Part shown: positions 25,822 through 38,170 of the stretch, piece by piece
Numbering within the stretch: the stretch's first letter is position 1
Layout: each line of letters begins with the position of its first letter
Source: Octopus vulgaris
Taxonomy: Eukaryota
DNA: 64,000 nucleotides
Assembly: GCA_951406725.2 (NCBI GenBank)
Contig: OX597814.1
Location: forward strand, 213,714,001-213,778,000
Direction of reading: 5' to 3'
The notes under the pieces: generated by a model
The model's database searches: none
Seen by the model: the letters and a program-made list of their open reading frames with translations, nothing else
What the model was told of the DNA's origin: nothing
Made by a program: the position numbers and the translations under genes

Positions 25822-26425
25822 GTGAGAGTGTGTGTATATGTATACACATATATTTGTGGCCCCCTTTTTTTTAATACTTCGCTAGGACTAATTGCGATAT
25901 ACTCTGTGGGGTACTCTGTAGAGTACTCTGTAGAATACGCAGTCCTTAGAAACTAATCCTATGCTTAAGCAATATGAAACGTATTATATCATAAGATAGC
26001 TTTATTAGTTCAGGTGGGCGGTCTTATGTTCTATACCTGTGACTACCAGTCACAGAGGGTTTCTTATTAATACTCTGCCCCGTTGATCAATAAATTTTAC
26101 AATACCGATCTGAGTTAAAGTCCTTGAAACAGAACTTTCTGTAACAGCACACTTTCTATGAAGTAAGTTGATGTAGGAAAGGTTAACCGTTTTGTATATT
26201 CCTTCACTCTCGCTACTTTTGAAGCAAACATAACTAATTACCTATTTTATGAATATTTGTTGGGCACTTTTGGTGAAAATACCTCTCTAAAACTGAATAT
26301 AGTGTAAAACCGAATATAGAGTACGATTATGCCTTATATATGGGGTGTCTATGAGTGTTCGTGCTTTTTTTTCTAACATTTAAGATAAAGTACAAGGCAC
26401 GTACTAAGTGTAGAAGGGGTCGTTC

Positions 26426-27176
26426 AGTTGATTGCCAACTCTCCAAATGAACTGTGCCTGTGTTCCTATTTTGTTTTTCAGGCAATGGATAAAATGCTTT
26501 GCAGCATTCAGGGTTTAAGCCCCAACTTGACTTTGTCTTTCATTTTGATGAATTCGATTCAAAAAATAACGTTGTTTAGTTTACATTGTAGAAACTTTAA
26601 GTTCACGAGAATAGTGAAGCAATGGGTTTTTGAATAGGCAAATACAATGTTTTTGACTCGATATGCAAAATATGATTATGATAAATTAGAATAACTACTT
26701 TTGAATAAGTCGTGAAATTTTACATTTCTGTTGTTATTGCATTTTCTTCTATTTTTGTTATATGCCATTAATGCTCTGTAAATCCAGTGTGTGACATATA
26801 ATCCTGAAATATTATTGCAGTCCTGGAATTATAAGATAAAGCTTCTGACATTGTATGCTTTTCATAATTTCATAATATATTAATGCAGGGAGAGAAATCA
26901 CCTACTCTCCTTACACAAGTCACAGTGCATTATAACTTTCTTCCTATTACAAAACCGTGTGATTATAAAATGGCGGAAACATGTCAAAGACCAACATGGA
27001 AGCCCACCAGTTCGACTTGACATCCGTATTTTATCCAAGCACCCGAAGTACCCATCACTCATACAAATGCAAGAGTACGTCCTCATAAATGAAACATCCT
27101 CCATACTAAATAGAAAACACATGTAGAAGGTAGTGATACACCAATAACCATAGAATATATATACACAGGTACAGTT
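26426..27176 (+). repeat. ~750-bp local direct duplication, copy 1 (copy 2 at 29606-30331; partial copy at 25176-25399)
   Basis: Colinear, highly similar sequence visible by eye. Confidence 0.9.
26962..27126 (+). pseudogene. Penelope-type GIY-YIG endonuclease C-terminal remnant (duplicated near 30115-30280)
   Basis: WRKHVKDQHGSPPVRLDIRILSKHPKYPSLIQMQEYVLINETSSILNRK resembles the PLE pattern WxH...H.....IL...RQ..E...I.....LN.K. Confidence 0.45.
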
Positions 27177-28619
27177 GTTAGTAGGCAGTTATGTAGGCAA
27201 ATATCTATAGGTAGGTAAATGGATATGTAGGTAGATAGATAGGTATATAGGTAATACGGAGAGACAAGCACACACACATATACAAAAGGAGACGGAACCA
27301 CATGACCATTTACACACACATATACACGTATACACACAAACACACATACACATACATACAAACACGCACACACAAAAGCATAAATATGCAGAATACATAC
27401 ATACGTACATACGCATACATACCTATATGTATATACACAAACACATACGCAAGCACACACATACATACATACATACATACATACATACATACATACTTAC
27501 ATACAGACATGCATGCATGCATACATACATACATACATACATACATACATACATACATACATCATACATACATAAATACATACATACAAACATATGTCTA
27601 TATACATGCGCGTTGACGCACACACATGCGTACAAACTAACAAAAGAAACGTAGCGTCGAAAACGGACAGAGTTAACAACTATGGAGAAGGTTTCAAGAA
27701 GGAACGAAATTTCTGGAAGAAAAAAATAATAAATATACAAATTGATTGGAAATCGAACCGGTGAGTGTGTCAGTTAATAAGGCATAAAGACAAAATGACT
27801 CGCCACAGACACAGCAAAATATGCTTCAACGCACGAATTCACATAAAGACTCTTGCAAACCAGATACAAAAACGAAGTAACGCAACTAGTGATTTACAAA
27901 TAACAAGGGAACATGTCCTGTTATAAAATAGCAGCTATTTCTCACCCTTCTTTCATAAAGGAACAATACACTGGATAAGCAGAACGGGATGCACTCTTTT
28001 CAAAAATAAGATGGAATGGCATTTATTTGCAGATCGGTGTTAAATATGAGCAACTAATGATTTCCATGTGGGCTGAGATGAGCAATCGTTTGAACTAACT
28101 CCAGTACATTACTCATTTATATTCATGAACCAGAAGGTATGAAGGTAAATATTGACCTTGGTGGAATATGGATTCATATCATTACGTGATATGATAACGG
28201 ATTTTCTCCGAATCTCTAGTTTCTGCCAATTCGCTATTCAGGCAACTATCAACAACGAATTAGCATCATTTAAATGTATCATTTACACTGGCTATCAGAA
28301 ACTCCGGCACACATGATGTAATGCTGAACAACATCAGTAAAAGTACAAACCAAGTGGTTATCCGATTGTGTAAGAGCATGATAATTAATATCTATGTGTG
28401 ATACGATCAAAAACAAGAAGAAAAATAATAGTAAAATAAGAAAAACACAAACAATATGCAACGTCAATGCAATTATGTTTTGAGAGAAGGGGTATCAGGC
28501 GCTTCTTCAAGACTAGTGAAGGAAAATCAAAAACAAAAATGGAAAGAGAAAAAGCATGTTCCAGAGATATAACATGCTTGTATGGAAGACAAAATGTAGC
28601 AGAGTGTAAAAGCCATTTA

Positions 28620-29218
28620 TATTTCTTTACTGCCCACAAGGGGCTAAACATAGAGAGGACAAACAAGGACCGACAAAGGGATTAAGTCGATTATATGGAC
28701 CCCAGTGCGTAACTGGTACTTAATTTATCGACCCCGAAAGGATGAAAGGCAAAGTCGACCTCGGTGGAATTTGAACTCAGAACGTAGCGGCAGACCAAAT
28801 ACCTATTTCTTTACTACCCACAAGGGGCTAAACACAGAGGGGACAAACAAGGACAGACAAACGGGTTAAGTCGATTACATGGACCCCAGTGCGTAACTGG
28901 TACTTAATTTATCGACCCCGAAAGGATGAAAGGCAAAGTCGACCTCGGTGGAATTTGAACTCAGAATGTAACGGCAGACCAAATACCTATTTCTTTACTA
29001 CCCACAAGGGTCTAAACACAAAGGGGACAAACAAGGACAGACAAACGGATTAAGTCGATTACATGGACCTCAGTGCGTAACTGGTACTTAATTTATCGAC
29101 CCCGAAAGGATGAAAGGCAAAGTCGACCTCGGCTGAATTTGAACTCAGAACGTAACGGCAGACGAAATACGGCTACGCATTTCGCCCGGCGTGCTAGCGT
29201 TTCTGCCAGCTCGCCGCC
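28620..29218 (-). mobile_element. SINE family M concatemer (one head, three body units) within a single TSD
   Basis: Units at about 28620-28803, 28804-28986 and 28987-29170; TSD AAAAGCCATTTA at 28608-28619 and 29221-29232. Confidence 0.9.
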
Positions 29219-29292
29219 TAAAAAGCCATTTAGCCATTAGGAGTAAGTTCCCCCAGAGATATAAATATGACAAGCGAGATGGGTGTAAGGAA

Positions 29293-29585
29293 ATGAAGTA
29301 CGTTTATGTATGCGTGTAATCGAATGGGGAGTGAAGTGTGCCGGCAAGACTGTGCGGAAATAAGTACAGTAAAATATTAGTAGATGGCGTGGGAAAAACT
29401 TCATTGTATATGAGTGTGAACTGGATGGGAAAAGTGTATTCGATCGTACGAGTAGAAACAGCTCAGTGCAGTGTGCATAGGTATGTGCGAAATGTCTGAA
29501 AGCAGGTATACTGTACTTATTTCCGCAGTCTTGCCAGCACACTTCACTTCCCATTCGATTACACGCATACATAAGCGTACTTCAT
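29293..29585. mobile_element. MITE-like element with ~77-bp inverted ends
   Basis: 29293-29370 is an imperfect reverse complement of 29509-29585. Confidence 0.7.
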
Positions 29586-29605
29586 AAAATGAAGTACACT
29601 TAGGT

Positions 29606-30331
29606 AGTTGATTGACAACTCTCCAAATGAACTGTGCCTGTGCTCCTATTTTGTTTTTCAGGCAATGGATAAAATCTCATCTTGACTTTGTCTTTCATTT
29701 TGATGAGTTCGATTCAAAAAATAACGTTGTTTAATTTACATTGTAGAAACTTTAAGTTTACAAAAATAGTGAAGCAATGGGGTTTTGAATAGGCAAATAC
29801 AATGTTTTTGACTCGATATGCAAAATATGATTATGATAAATTAGAATAACTACTTTTGAATAAGTCGTGAAATTTTACATTTCTGTTGTTATTGCATTTT
29901 CTTCTTTTTTTGTTACATGTCATTAATGCTCTGTAAATCCAGTGTGTGACATATAATCCTGAAATATTATTGCAGTCCTGGAATTATAAGATAAAGCTTC
30001 TGACATTGTATGCTTTTCAAAATTTCATAATATATTAATGCAGGGAGAGAAATCACCTACTCTCCTTACACAAGTCACAGTGCATTATAACTTTCTTCCT
30101 ATTACAAAACCGTGTGATTATAAAATGGCGGTAACATGTCAAAGACCAACATGGAAGCACACCTGGCCGACTTGATATCCGTATTTTATCCAAGTACCCG
30201 AAGGACCCATCACTCAGATAAATGCAGGAATACGTCCTCGTAAATGAAACATCCTCCATACTAAATAGAAAACACATGTAGAAGGTAGTGATACACCAAT
30301 AACCACAGAATATATATACACAGGTACAGTT
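29606..30331 (+). repeat. Local direct duplication, copy 2
   Basis: Matches 26426-27176. Confidence 0.9.
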
Positions 30332-30652
30332 ATGTACGTACGCACGTAGAAAGGAGAGTCGTTGAAAGCAAGCATATGCGTTGGTCAATGTGTGTGGGAA
30401 TGATTTAGATGAAGGCATGACGGTTAGTAGTACCAGTAATAGATGGAAGTAGAAGATTAATCGCTTTTCACAGTGAAATCTCGGACTAGAGTACCGTGAT
30501 ATTGCGAAGTACCTCAAAATGGCGGTTCAGGCGAAAGAAGTAGGAAAATTAAAGTAGCGGTCTACAGGCCTGATTAAACATATGTTATTGTTTAAGATAT
30601 CCAACAACTGTTAACTAAAATGATTTGCCAAATGATGAACAATAAGCGACAA

Positions 30653-30795
30653 AGGTGATATTGAATACTTTAGGTGATATTGAATACCTTAGGTGATATT
30701 GAATACCTTAGGTGATATTGAATACTTTAGGTGATATTGAATACTTTAGGTGATATTGAATACCTTAGGTGATATTGAATACCTTAGGTGATATT
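30653..30795. repeat. 19-bp minisatellite (AGGTGATATTGAATACYTT) x7.5
   Basis: Period of 19 counted directly. Confidence 0.95.
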
Positions 30796-30961
30796 TCTGG
30801 AGGTGCACGCGATGGTGCCTGCGACTCTTCTAAAACTCCTCCCCACACTTGCTCATACATACTATTCACCTCTCCCTCCCCTTCTCTTTCCATCTCCCTC
30901 GCATTTAGACACTTATACACACACTACCTCACCTACTCAGACCGCTACTATTTATACATAA

Positions 30962-31190
30962 GGCGGCGAGCTGGCAGAAACGTTAGCACGCCGGGCGAAA
31001 AGCGGAGCCGTATTTCGTCTGCCGTTACGTTCTGAGTTCAAATTCCGCCGAGGTCGACTCTACTTTTCATCCTTTCGGGGTCGATAAATTAAGTACCAAT
31101 TACGCACTGGGGTCGATATAACCGACTTAATCCGTTTGTCTGTCCTTGTTTGTCCTCTCTATGTTTAGCCCCTTGTGGGTAGTAAAAAAA
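30962..31190 (+). mobile_element. SINE family M, single unit
   Basis: Head, core and tail as in the other copies. Confidence 0.85.
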
Positions 31191-32006
31191 TAACTATTTA
31201 TATATAGTGATCCAGTCCATTCTCGCCAGGGGGCGTCATACTCTCGCATAACAGAATCCAACACCTTAACCATTAAGCCACACACCCTCACGCATTTTAT
31301 ACTACTGACCAAAAAATTTGTTTATATTTTCAAATTTTCTTTAGTTTGTCATTCCTATTATGTTAACGAAGTGCTATTGTCTGAAACGTCGATTTATCTT
31401 TGTTTTTTGTTTGTTCTTTTCTTTTCTTTGCAATGCTGCTTCCTTATTAGTTCTTGATAGCAATTATCTGAGCCGTAACACTTTAGCTTTTGTTAGGTAT
31501 AATTTAATTAGTTTTACGAGAGGAAATTACACAGTTATTTTGAAAATTATACGATTGTTCGAAATTTGTAGAAAAGAACGAAATTGGCAATTTTATTTGA
31601 AACTATATTTTCTCAGAGGTGTCTGGTTCTTAAGAGGATGCAAAAAGCGACGTAAGCTATATTCTTTGTTACACACCAGTCACCTTCTCTAACTTAAGAG
31701 TTGCTAATTTTTTGTTTATTTGTTTTACGTCAAGAAGCAGGATGAAATAGAAGACAATCTGTATTATTTGCTACAGTACAACTAAGATATGTGTGTGTGT
31801 GTGTGTGTCCACCTATGTGTCCATCTGTGTGTCCACCTGTGTGTGTGTGAGCGTATGCATGTATATATGTACACGTATAAGACATACACACACGGACACG
31901 CATATACATACACATATAAGTGCATGTGTGTATGTGTGTGTATGTGTGTGCCCATTTCTTTGTGTCCATGTACACATGTATGCGTATGAGATATACACAC
32001 ACGCAC

Positions 32007-32039
<33 letters not shown>

Positions 32040-32040
<1 letters not shown>

Positions 32041-32437
32041 TAGCAGTATCGCCCGGCGTTGCTCGGGTTTGTTAGTGAAATAACTATATAAGCATTTTTA
32101 GAGAGTTATAGCCAAAAAATAGCAAAAAAATGCATTAAAAATGGAAATAAAATGATGGTAAATTTTTTTTAAATCGTTGACTCATCGTAGACATTTTTAG
32201 AGAGTTACTTTCCTTATATAATAGCGAAAAAAAGGCATTAAAATGGAAAAAAATGATGGTAAATTATTTTTAAAATCGTAGACTTATCGTAGACGCGCGC
32301 TAATACCCAGAAGGGCTCGATATGAATTACGACTATAAGATACCCGCTTTTGGTTACACTGCACCGCAAAATGTGGGAGTAGTTAGGAATCTAAATCGTA
32401 GGAGACAGACACACAACTTCACTTTTATATATAAAGA
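32040..32437 (-). mobile_element. Non-autonomous Helitron
   Basis: Minus strand 5'-TC ... CCCGAGCAACGCCGGG hairpin ... CTAG-3'; inserted between A and T with no TSD. Confidence 0.85.
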
Positions 32438-32455
32438 TATGTATATATATATATA

Positions 32456-32775
32456 GGCGCGTAGCTCAGTGGTTAAAGCGTCGGGCACACAATCAGGCAG
32501 TAGAGAGTTTGATTCCTGGACCGCGCTGTGTGTTGTGTTCTTGAGCTCACGTTCCTCCCGTTCACTCAGCTGTAGAAATGAGTTGCAACCTCACTGATGC
32601 CAAGCTGCATCGGCTTATGCCTTTCCTTTGGGTATAACATTGTTGACGTGGTGAGAGGAGTCTGCTACGCATGGGTGACTGTTGGTCTTCCATAAACAAC
32701 CTTATCCGGATTTGTGCCTCAGAAGGGCACTTTCTAGGTGCAATCCTGTGGTCATTCATGACCGAAGGGGGCCTC
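32456..32775 (+). mobile_element. tRNA-derived SINE (head related to the V-like family, different tail)
   Basis: GGCGCGTAGCTCAGTGG A-box and GAGTTTGATTCC B-box. Confidence 0.65.
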
Positions 32776-32837
32776 TTATCAGATTCAAGATATTAATTTA
32801 TGAGTCAGTTGTTTAACGAATAACATAATGTTGTATG

Positions 32838-33200
32838 CATTATTAAATCTCAGAATGAGATTGAAACAGTAATCGCTCGATAATGTAAAGTATAGAAGCC
32901 ATCTTAACATGGCTAACCACATAGGGGAGGGGGTGTTACTGTAGCTTTATAGCCCCAGGAGATCGTCGTCTCAGGCTGGCTTTAGACACCATTTCAGTGC
33001 CCTTGAAGTATTTTCAAAGGGAGGCCATCCCTTCCTCGCAAGCCTGAGTGATACGCTCGGACTAGTTTCGGGATTTTTGTCCCTTGTCAACGGGCGGTAA
33101 CCACCTGGTCGCGATGAAAGAGAAGGCCGCCTTGCAAATATATAAGAGTTTTTCTAGTGACGTCTGCCACTGATTTCGAAAAACTGACAGTAAATCTCAG
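32838..33200 (-). mobile_element. Retrozyme-like / solo pseudo-LTR element with a hammerhead
   Basis: 11-bp TSD AATGTTGTATG (32827-32837, 33201-33211); terminal direct repeat TAAATCTCAG 347 nt apart; internal HHR. Confidence 0.7.
33054..33096 (-). ncRNA. Variant minimal hammerhead (U3:A8)
   Basis: CGCCCG UUGACAA GGGA-caaaaa-UCCC GAA ACUAGU C CGAGCG; GUC site, palindromic stem III, one stem-I mismatch. Confidence 0.7.
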
Positions 33201-33342
33201 AATGTTGTATGTTTTATCATATATTCGTTGTCTTTCCATTCTTCAAGTTAGCATGACAGATTTATATCGTATATGAATAGATCGAATAAGGAGACTCACT
33301 TTTTAACACGACACTGCACAAAACACCCATGTTACCACTATT

Positions 33343-33563
33343 ATACTCTTTACTCTTTTACTTGTTTCAGTCATTTGACTGCGGCCATGCTGGAGCACCG
33401 CCTTTAATCGAGCAACTTGATCCCGGGACTTATTCTTTTGTAAGCCCAGGACTTATTCTATCGGTCTCTTTTGCCGAACCACTAAGTAACGGGGGCATAA
33501 ACACACCAGCATCGGTTGCCAAGCAATGCTAGGGGGACAAACACAGACACACAAACACACACA

Positions 33564-33604
<41 letters not shown>

Positions 33605-33757
33605 GACGGGCTTCTTTCAGTTTCCGTCTACCAAATCCGCTCACAAGGCTTTGGTCAGCCCGAGGCTATAGTAGAAGACACTTGTCCATGGTGCCACGCA
33701 GTGTGACTGAACCCGGAACCATGTGGTTGGTAAACAAGCTACTTACCACACAGCCAC
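33343..33757 (-). mobile_element. SINE family A
   Basis: Homology to 8867-9280. Confidence 0.85.
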
Positions 33758-34787
33758 TTTGTTTTATAATTAGTAGTTTATTTCTGCTGGTGTTATACTT
33801 TTCGATTGGAATAATTAAACAGATCGATTATTCTGTGGAATTCGATATTGCATAAAGTATAATGTGAACGTTTAAGCTTAACTGCTGTTTCCTTCTTCGG
33901 ATACTATTAGCGAAAGATTGATAAAAATAAGTGATGTCCATTTATAAGTGATGTCAGGTTGCACGATGTTTACAATGTGCAGTATCTGCCATGCGATCAA
34001 AAATTCTAATTGGATTCTTAATTAAAACATCATGTGTTCGTCCAGTCATAACACACACAGCATGATATGCAAAATACGCTACATAGACGCTGCATATCCA
34101 ACATCGTATCAAATACATGCGCCTCGATAACCTTCCGATAAATACATAACACACATATAAACATTCATTCATTTTTTTTTTCCAGAGCTAGGAACATTCA
34201 CGCTAACGTACTAATTTTATCTAGAGTCGTTTTTATACAAGACATACCGTACAGTTTTGTGAAGGAGGTGGTTGAGAGAAGGACAGTTACAGTCAGCTGT
34301 ATATACACTCACTAATTTATTCACTCACATAAACATGCACGTTTTACATGTTGTTAAAAGAGTCTATTTTAAAACATATTTTGATGTGTGTGTGTGTGTG
34401 TGTGTGTACACCAGTGTAAACACATAAATGTGAAACATGTAGCTAGGCTTTAGATAAATCTCACTCCTACCCGACGTCACATAAAGTTCTCGGTCACTCC
34501 AGGGAACTGATTGATTCAAGCAATGGGGAACGACCCGAAAACTTAGATGGAAGTAGAATGGAAGGTCACAATAAAATTTTAAGGAGAATAAGAACGAATC
34601 CATCAAGGAAACTTTCCAAGCTTCGTCGATACTGTGAGGACAATGTGAACTGCTTCTGATATGTTGGTCCTTGACGAGAAAATGAAGGCGCAGACTTTTT
34701 GCATCCAATGTGATGTACATGGACACCCAGTTCGTTACTGTAAGAACAAAAATGAGGCTGGGACTTCTGTAATATCTGATGATTACT

Positions 34788-34975
34788 TACTCTTTTACTC
34801 TTTTACTTGTTTCAGTCATTTGACTGCGGCCATGCTGGAGCACCACCTTTAGTCGAGCAAATCGACCCCGGGACTTATTCTTTGTAAGCCCAGTACTTAT
34901 TCTATCGGTCTCTTTTGCCGAACACACCAGCATCGGTTGTCAAGCAATGCTAGGGAGACCAACATAGACACACAA

Positions 34976-35006
<31 letters not shown>

Positions 35007-35169
35007 CGACAGGCTTCTTTCAGTTTCCGTCTACCAAATCCACTCACAAGGCATTGGTCGGCCCGGGGCTATAGCAGAAGACACTTGCCCAAGATGCCAC
35101 GCAGTGGGACTGAACCCGGAACCATGTGGTTGGTTAGCAAGCTACTTACCACACAGCCACTCCTGCGCC
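34788..35169 (-). mobile_element. SINE family A
   Basis: Homology to 8867-9280. Confidence 0.85.
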
Positions 35170-35742
35170 TTTTTTAACAAGATGGTGCTATAATTGGTTT
35201 AAAATAAACTATCCTGATGGTAAATCCTAGTTGCTCATTTTAATTCAAATTATACCCGTATGAAACTCAAAAGGGAGCTTTAGACTCGCGGATTTATATA
35301 GATTTGGGCCCAGACCAATACTTACAAACAGGCTCACAAATTTTCATAGTTGTCTGATCAATAGTTTTCTAATGAGCTTCCAATCGTCAAATTACGTCTA
35401 TTTTTGTGTTTTGAGCCTGAAATGTACATATATGGAAATTCGGACCCAGATCCCAAGATTTTTAAAAGTGATCAAACATTACCGTGGGCTATAAATAGTT
35501 TTGTGTTGAGTGAAATTGCTCTAGTCAGAAGTATTTTAGAATATTATGAACAAGTATTTTTGAGAAACATAAATGCTTTTGCCTTCTTAAAGGCAAATAA
35601 GGGATCGAGATTAATTATTTGCCATTGAACGATGGAGCTGAAAATGAAGGAAAGATGATGATGGTGGTGATGAGGAGGAATAAGTAGTTGTAGAAAAAGG
35701 GGAATAGCAATAGCAAGTATTGTAGAGAAGAAGGTATATGAA

Positions 35743-35975
35743 AGGCGGCGAGCTGGCAGAATCATTAGCACGCCGGGCGAACTGCTTAGCGGTATTTCGT
35801 CTGCCGTTACGTTCTGAGTTCAAATTCCGCCGAGGTCGACTTTGCCTTTCATCCTTTTCGGGTCGATAAATTAAGTACCAGTTACGCACTGGGGTCGATA
35901 TAATCGACTTAATCCGTTTGTCTGTTTTGTTTGTCTCCTCTGTGTTTAACCCCTTATGGGTAGAAAAGAAATAGG
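35743..35975 (+). mobile_element. SINE family M, single unit
   Basis: Homology to the other family M copies. Confidence 0.85.
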
Positions 35976-36521
35976 TATATGAAATATAAAGACTAAACGT
36001 AGTGTAATAATTAAAATCAAAGAAAATCTATTGTGAAAAATATTCATATGTATGTACATTTGTGTGTATTATATTTTGTGTAGGTGATGTTCAGAAATGT
36101 TGTAAGAAGTACTTCTCAAGATGTCTGCATTCTCTGATTTCATGTTTAAACAGATCAAATTAGTTCGTTAAGTACAGACACTTGTGGAGCATTTGTAGAA
36201 CTTTAATCACGTACCACCTTCAATGAAGTAGATAAATACAATCACAGAATAAGTAATATGCTTCAAATATGCTTCTCTCTTCTTTATATCCCCTTCCTCC
36301 ATTTTCACCATTCCGCTTTACCCCTCTGTTTTCTTAGCCCAATTAACTACTGTTAATAAATTCCTTCTATTGTCCTTGTGACGTTTCCGTCTCTCTTGAG
36401 TCTACAAATAATGTTTACATTTTATCTATATTCAGTCTCTCACTGTTTTCAAATATTACCTTATTAGCATTTGAAAGTTTCAAGAGTAAATAGTATAATT
36501 ATACGTATATATGTATCTGTA

Positions 36522-37402
36522 CGAGATCTGATCAATAAGTACTCGCACTGTTGCCAGAGTAAAGTACGCAGAGTAAAGACGCTTAGTAAAGATTGATCTT
36601 AAACTCTGCTGTGCATGGATACAAAGTTTTAACGTTCTAGCTTACTTTCGCTGTCTATAGCAGTGCTTAGAAGGAACATGTGTAGCGTGTGATCGTCGCT
36701 TTGACCGTGACAGAGAAAGTTTTCATGACGATACCTGCTCAGAGGACAACGCAAAGTTGCAGAAAGTATATGGAGAGGAGTGCATAACCCGCACAAAAGT
36801 GTACGAGTTTTTCAGATGTTTCCAACGTGGCCGAAAAAATATAGATATTGACGAACGTTCTGGGAGATCCGAAACCAGCAAAGCTGAGAAAAACATCGCA
36901 GACGTTTCTGCAGCTGTGACGGAAAATCGTCGAATCACCATCCGTGAGTTATTAGATGATGTGAAGATTAGTTACAGTTCAGTTCAGTTCATTATCACTG
37001 ACGAATTGCGTATGAGACGCGTGTCTGTCAAGTTTATTCCAAAACTGCTTTCAGCTAACCAAGAAGGCACTCGGGTTCCAGTTGCACAAGATCTCCTTAA
37101 TTGTGTCGAAAACGATGACAATTTTTTTGGAAACTTTGCGTAGGCCTCTGAGCAGATATTGGCAAGCTTTTAGCAAAATTTGATACAGATTCTCTGCTCA
37201 AATTTCTGTGTCATGGCTAATGCGACGATCACACGCTACACATTCCAAGCACTGCTGTAAACAACGAAAGCGAGATAGAACGTTAAAACTCAGTGCGCAT
37301 GCACGGCAGAGTTTAACATCAATCTGTGCCAAGCGGCTTTACTCTCTCTGCATTAGCTTCATTACTATGGCAACAGTCCGGATACTTATTGATCAGATCA
37401 CG
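36522..37402 (+). mobile_element. Non-autonomous mariner built from two left ends, with transposase N-terminal remnant
   Basis: TIRs CG(A/T)GATCTGATCAATAAGTA with TA TSD. ORF 36757-37143 has the mariner HTH motifs VYGEECI...DERSGRS...NRRITIREL...MRRVSVKFIPKLL. The right arm reads MTQKFEQRICIKFC on the minus strand. Confidence 0.85.
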
Positions 37403-37743
37403 TATGTGTTCTTTAATATTATATACTAAACATGAGACAATATATTAATTTAATTTTTCGTGTCATTCACCATTGCTTGAATCAATCAGTTCCCTGGAGT
37501 GACCGAGAACTTTATGCGACGTCGGGTAGGAGTGACACTTATCTAAAGTCTAGCTACATGTTGGCTGTGGACTCGAGGAAAAATTTCAAAAAGACAAGTC
37601 CTTTCTCCACAGAAGGTCGGCTTCTTGAAATTCAACCTGATTTTTTACCTGTTGATGTCGAATGGAAACATTTTAGACATGACATTAAACAACTTTAATC
37701 TGCTGGTGTAGATTAAATTTAATGCGTTTTCAAAGCGTACGTA

Positions 37744-38170
37744 CGCAGGAGTGGCTGTGTGGTAAGTAGCTTGCTAACCAACCACATGGTTCCGGGTTCA
37801 GTCCCACTGCGTGGCATCTTGGGCAAGTGTCTTCTGCTATAGCCCCGGGCCGACCAAAGCCTTGTGAGTGGATTTGGTAGACGGAAACTGAAAGAAGCCT
37901 GTCGTATATATGTATATATATATATATATATATAAGCGTGTGTGTATATGTTTGTGTGTCTGTGGTTGTCCCCCTAGCATTGCTTGACAACCGATGCTGG
38001 TGTGTTTACGTCCCCGTCACTTAGCAGTTCGGCAAAAGGAACCGATAGAAAAAGTACTGGGCTTACAAAGAATAAGTCGCCGGGGTCGATTTGCTCGACT
38101 AAAGACGGTGCTCCAGCATGGCCGCAGTCAAATGACTGAAACAAGTAAAAGAGTAAAATAGTAAAGAGTA
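37744..38170 (+). mobile_element. SINE family A
   Basis: Homology to 8867-9280. Confidence 0.85.

Noticed and set aside
27686-27720. Possible U3:A8 hammerhead (TGGAGAA..GTTTC/GGAAC GAAATTTC)
   Set aside because: Stem III too short and stem I weak.
28467-28600. Possible mariner N-terminus (FERRGIRRF)
   Set aside because: Weak similarity and no TIR identified.
30653-30795. CRISPR-like regular repeat
   Set aside because: No unique spacers and a eukaryotic context.
34660-34745. piggyBac-like cysteine-rich tail (TFCIQCDVHGHP)
   Set aside because: Too short and degenerate; no TTAA end found.
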